Assembly (NCBI GenBank): GCA_965195275.1
Contig: CBDAFQ010000174.1
Span: 1-32,091 of the forward strand
Length of the DNA: 32,091 bases
From: an uncultured ANME-1 euryarchaeote
Lineage (GTDB): Archaea > Halobacteriota > Syntropharchaeia > Alkanophagales > Methanospirareceae
Reading direction: 5' to 3'
A model generated the notes under the pieces. It did not search any database. It saw nothing but the letters and a program-made list of their open reading frames with translations, and was not told the origin of the DNA. Within the stretch, counting starts at the first letter, position 1. Each line of letters starts with the position of its first letter. The translations under genes were made by a program, and so were the position numbers. This document shows positions 28,573 to 32,091 of this stretch, one piece after another.

Positions 28573-31527
28573 ATGGCGTATTTCAGAAGCGAAACGCAAA
28601 GACCGGATTTTGTGAAGTTGGAAGAAGAGATATTAGAGCTATGGGATAGCGAAGACACCTTTGAGCGCAGCGTGAACCAGCGTAAAGGCGGTAAGAAGTT
28701 CGTTTTTATTGAGGGACCACCAACTGCCAATGGACTTCCACATCCCGGGCATATACTCACGAGGGTAGTGAAAGACCTTGTGCTGCGATACAGAACCATG
28801 CAGGGTTATTACGTAGAGCGAAAAGCGGGCTGGGACACCCATGGTCTTCCGGTGGAGATAGAAGTGGAGAAAAATCTGAGGATTAATACCAAAGGGGAGA
28901 TAGAGAACTATGGTATTGAGAAGTTCAACAAGAAATGCAAAGATTCCGTCTTCCGTTATGAAAAAGAATGGGTAAATGCCACGAAACGGGTGGGATTCTG
29001 GATTGATATGGATTCTCCATACATCACTTTTGATAACAAATATATCGAATCCGTCTGGTGGTCGTTAAAGGAGATCTGGAAAAAGGGTTTGCTTTATAAG
29101 GGGCATAAGGTCGTTCCTTACTGCCCGCGATGTGAGACCACGCTAAGTAGTCATGAAGTAGCACAGGGCTATCGCGATGTAGAAGACCCTTCAATATATG
29201 TGAAGTTCAAATTGAAGCAGCCGGACACGTATCTATTGGCCTGGACAACTACGCCCTGGACATTGTTGGGTAATATTGCACTTGCTGTTCATCCGGAAAA
29301 CCGATATGTAAAGGTAAGAGTTAAAGCCAGAGCAAAAGAAGAGGACTTGATACTCGCGGAATCGCGATTAGATGTTTTAGAATCCGAATATGAAATAATA
29401 GAAGGGTATACGGGTTCCGATTTGGCAGATTTAGAATACGAACGGCTTTTTGAGTTCGCAACGATAGAGGGTGGTGATTCACAGAAAGTAGTCACCGCTG
29501 ATTTCGTTACTCTGGAGGAAGGCACGGGCGTTGTTCATATAGCACCTGCATTTGGCGAAGATGATTATGGGGTATGTCGAGATAAGAAGCTGGGCTTTTC
29601 ACAGCCCGTGAATGCCGAAGGTCGCTTTACGAGCGAAGTTCCGCCACTGGAAGGTATGTTCGTTAAGGATGCCGATAGGCCGATAATAGAAATGTTGGAT
29701 CAGCGAGGTATATTATATAAGGAGGAGCGGTATTCGCATTCGTATCCATTTTGCTGGCGCTGTGGTTCGCCTCTTTTATATTACGCACGTGAATCATGGT
29801 TCATCGCAATGAAATCGTTACGTGATAATTTGATTGCGAATAACGAAAAGATCAACTGGTATCCCGCGTATTTGAAACATGGGCGATTCGGGAACTTCAT
29901 AGATAATATTGAGGATTGGGCACTTAGCCGGGAGCGGTTTTGGGGTACTCCGTTGAATATATGGATATGCGCCAATTGTGGTAAGGAGTTCTGTGTAGGT
30001 AGTGTAAAAGAGCTGAAAGAAAGGGCAAAGAATTCTGTTTCCAGCGACTTGCACCGACCTTACATAGACGATGTAGTGTTTGAGTGTGAGGATTGTGGCG
30101 GAGAAATGAGAAGGGTAGATGATGTTATAGATTGCTGGTATGACTCAGGTGCAGCTCCATTTGCGCAATGGCATTACCCATTTGAGAAGGACGCGTTCGA
30201 GCGGAACTTCCCCGCTGATTTCATTACGGAAGCGATAGACCAGACTCGTGGCTGGTTCTATTCCCTGCTTGCGATCTCAACCACTATTTTTGATACCGCA
30301 CCCTATCTAAACGTGCTTTCGCTGGGCCATATACTGGATGATAAAGGCGTGAAGATGAGTAAGAGCAAGGGGAACGTGATTGATATAACATCTACGCTGG
30401 ATAAGGAAGGGGCAGATGCATTGAGATGGTATTTTTTCACCGCAGGTCCTCTATCCGATGATGTAAGGTTCACAGAGAAGGGGATAATAGAGAAGCAGAA
30501 GAAGTTCTTGAATACGCTCTGGAACTCGTATTTCTTCTTCGTTACTTACGCGGTAATAGATGAGTTCAATCCGAATGAGAAGAAGATCCCAGTGGAGAAA
30601 AGGAATGCGATGGATAGATGGATCATATCACGGCTAAACACGCTCACAAAGGAAGTGATTGATTCAATAGAACGGTTTGAAATACACGTTGCCGCGCGTA
30701 AGATGGAGGAGTTTATAGTTAACGATCTGAGCAACTGGTATATAAGACGATCAAGGAGACGGTTCTGGATAGTAGAGGCGGATTTTGATAAGGATAGCGC
30801 ATATATAACACTATTCGAGGTTCTTGTTTCGTTATGTAAACTGCTCGCGCCTTTTGTGCCTTTCATCACTGAGCACATCTATCAGAAAATAGTGCGCTGT
30901 GTTTCTGATGACGTACTTGAAAGTGTACACCTCTGTAACTACCCATCACCCGAAGAATCGTTTATAGATACGGAATTAGAAGATTCGATGGGCCTTACTT
31001 CTAAATTGGTGGATGCGGGCAGGCGAGCGAGGGCAGAGGCGGGAATAAAAATACGACAACCGTTAAAAGAGGTCGTAGTGGTTTGTAGTGATCAAAAGCG
31101 GAAGAATGTAGAATGTTTGGTAGGGGTATTAAAGGACGAATTGAATGTAAACGAAGTGCGATTTGAAGATGATGCATTTGTCGCTGCGGATAATTATAAA
31201 CAGGTAGATGTGGATGAAAATACCGCCCTGTTCCTGGACACTTACCTGGATAAGGGCCTCATAGAGGAAGGATTAGTTAGAGACCTCGTAAGAAGAATAC
31301 AGGGCATGAGAAAAGACATCGATTTGGAGTATACTGCGAAGATAAGAATCATGTACGAGGGTGACGCGGAGGTAAAAGAAGCGATAGATAGATTCTCTGA
31401 TTATATCTGTACTGAGACACTTGCAGAGAGTATAGAAAAGGGAAAGCCATCTGAAAGTGGTGATAAAATTTACGAGAAGGACTGGAAGATAGGAAAAAAA
31501 GAGGTTCATCTCGCGATAAAACAGTAA
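28573..31527 (+). CDS. ileS: Isoleucine--tRNA ligase (type 2)
   Basis: EGPPTANGLPHPGH, GWDTHGLPVE, WTTTPWTL, GTGVVHIAP, DWALSR, EAIDQTRGWFY, KMSKS. Confidence 0.98.
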   Translation: MAYFRSETQRPDFVKLEEEILELWDSEDTFERSVNQRKGGKKFVFIEGPPTANGLPHPGHILTRVVKDLVLRYRTMQGYYVERKAGWDTHGLPVEIEVEKNLRINTKGEIENYGIEKFNKKCKDSVFRYEKEWVNATKRVGFWIDMDSPYITFDNKYIESVWWSLKEIWKKGLLYKGHKVVPYCPRCETTLSSHEVAQGYRDVEDPSIYVKFKLKQPDTYLLAWTTTPWTLLGNIALAVHPENRYVKVRVKARAKEEDLILAESRLDVLESEYEIIEGYTGSDLADLEYERLFEFATIEGGDSQKVVTADFVTLEEGTGVVHIAPAFGEDDYGVCRDKKLGFSQPVNAEGRFTSEVPPLEGMFVKDADRPIIEMLDQRGILYKEERYSHSYPFCWRCGSPLLYYARESWFIAMKSLRDNLIANNEKINWYPAYLKHGRFGNFIDNIEDWALSRERFWGTPLNIWICANCGKEFCVGSVKELKERAKNSVSSDLHRPYIDDVVFECEDCGGEMRRVDDVIDCWYDSGAAPFAQWHYPFEKDAFERNFPADFITEAIDQTRGWFYSLLAISTTIFDTAPYLNVLSLGHILDDKGVKMSKSKGNVIDITSTLDKEGADALRWYFFTAGPLSDDVRFTEKGIIEKQKKFLNTLWNSYFFFVTYAVIDEFNPNEKKIPVEKRNAMDRWIISRLNTLTKEVIDSIERFEIHVAARKMEEFIVNDLSNWYIRRSRRRFWIVEADFDKDSAYITLFEVLVSLCKLLAPFVPFITEHIYQKIVRCVSDDVLESVHLCNYPSPEESFIDTELEDSMGLTSKLVDAGRRARAEAGIKIRQPLKEVVVVCSDQKRKNVECLVGVLKDELNVNEVRFEDDAFVAADNYKQVDVDENTALFLDTYLDKGLIEEGLVRDLVRRIQGMRKDIDLEYTAKIRIMYEGDAEVKEAIDRFSDYICTETLAESIEKGKPSESGDKIYEKDWKIGKKEVHLAIKQ

Positions 31528-31587
31528 TTTTTATATACTATAAAAAAAGAATGATGGAATATTAACTAAAAAGGTGATAAGAAAAAA

Positions 31588-31776
31588 ATGCCAGCAGTAG
31601 TAGATAAAGAAAAATGTGATGGATGTGGAAATTGTGTAGAGGAGTGTTCGGTAGAGTGCATAACTATGGTAGGCGAAGGGGACAGCAAGCATGCGGTAGT
31701 CAACGCCGAGGAATGTACCGATTGCGAAACCTGCATAGATGTATGTGAGAAGGGCGCAATAAGCATGACCGAGTAA
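31588..31776 (+). CDS. 2x[4Fe-4S] ferredoxin
   Basis: CDGCGNCVEEC and CTDCETCIDVC; acidic 62 aa; SD AGGTGAT. Confidence 0.95.
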   Translation: MPAVVDKEKCDGCGNCVEECSVECITMVGEGDSKHAVVNAEECTDCETCIDVCEKGAISMTE

Positions 31777-31790
31777 ACCCGTAATTAAAC

Positions 31791-32091
31791 ATGTCGAAAA
31801 CAGGTGCTGAAGAAGAGGCAGCGGTAATGATCGAGCGGGTAGAGGTTATTAATCCGGAAGAGAAGCAGGTGATAATAGGGCAGGGTAATTTCTCTATCTT
31901 CGCCTGTGATGACCTATTCAAGACGCTATTGACCACAGTACCAGCGATGAAATGCGCCGTTGCAATGAACGAAGCAGTGCCGAAGTTGACAAGGGTTACG
32001 GGTAATGACGAGCGATTAAAAGAGTTAGCCGGTGAGAATTGCCTTCGAATCGGCGCTTCTCACACTTTTTTTATCATTATGGATGGTGCAT
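31791..32091 (+). CDS. Adenosine-specific kinase-like (DUF355) protein, 5' part (runs off the window; absent from the ORF track)
   Basis: Hand translation MSKTGAEEEAAVMIERVEVINPEEKQVIIGQGNFSIFACDDLFKTLLTTVPAMKCAVAMNEAVPKLTRVTGNDERLKELAGENCLRIGASHTFFIIMDGA matches the DUF355 pattern (VILGQ...VPG...EA...GND..L.ELA..N...IGAGH.F). Confidence 0.8.
   Translation, partial: MSKTGAEEEAAVMIERVEVINPEEKQVIIGQGNFSIFACDDLFKTLLTTVPAMKCAVAMNEAVPKLTRVTGNDERLKELAGENCLRIGASHTFFIIMDGA

Overview
Archaeal chromosomal segment, most likely from an anaerobic methanotroph of clade ANME-1 (Methanophagales): the partial 16S rRNA gene at the left edge contains an exact match to the ANME-1-350 FISH probe sequence. Most of the window is housekeeping: TFB, ApgM, RadA, PdaD, aIF2-gamma, NadA, TrmI, Trm1, thermosome, aspartokinase, LonB, IleRS and a ferredoxin. 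Four things stand out. (1) A stand-alone two-gene cdhA-like/cdhC-like operon: the CODH alpha subunit has lost its B/D-cluster motif, proton-relay histidines, two C-cluster ligands and the catalytic Lys, while the ACS beta subunit keeps all A-cluster cysteines. This looks like a repurposed Ni/Fe-S enzyme pair. (2) The aIF2-gamma gene appears to start at a CTG codon behind a strong Shine-Dalgarno, which may be start-codon-fidelity autoregulation. (3) An orphan acyl-CoA dehydrogenase lacks Glu at both canonical catalytic positions. (4) Four dispersed copies of a hairpin-forming MITE/REP-like element built from 10-bp tandem units. There are also gene remnants (a vWA-type C-terminus and an MNT nucleotidyltransferase) and several mosaic exported proteins. 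All family assignments are by motif recognition from memory; no searches were run.
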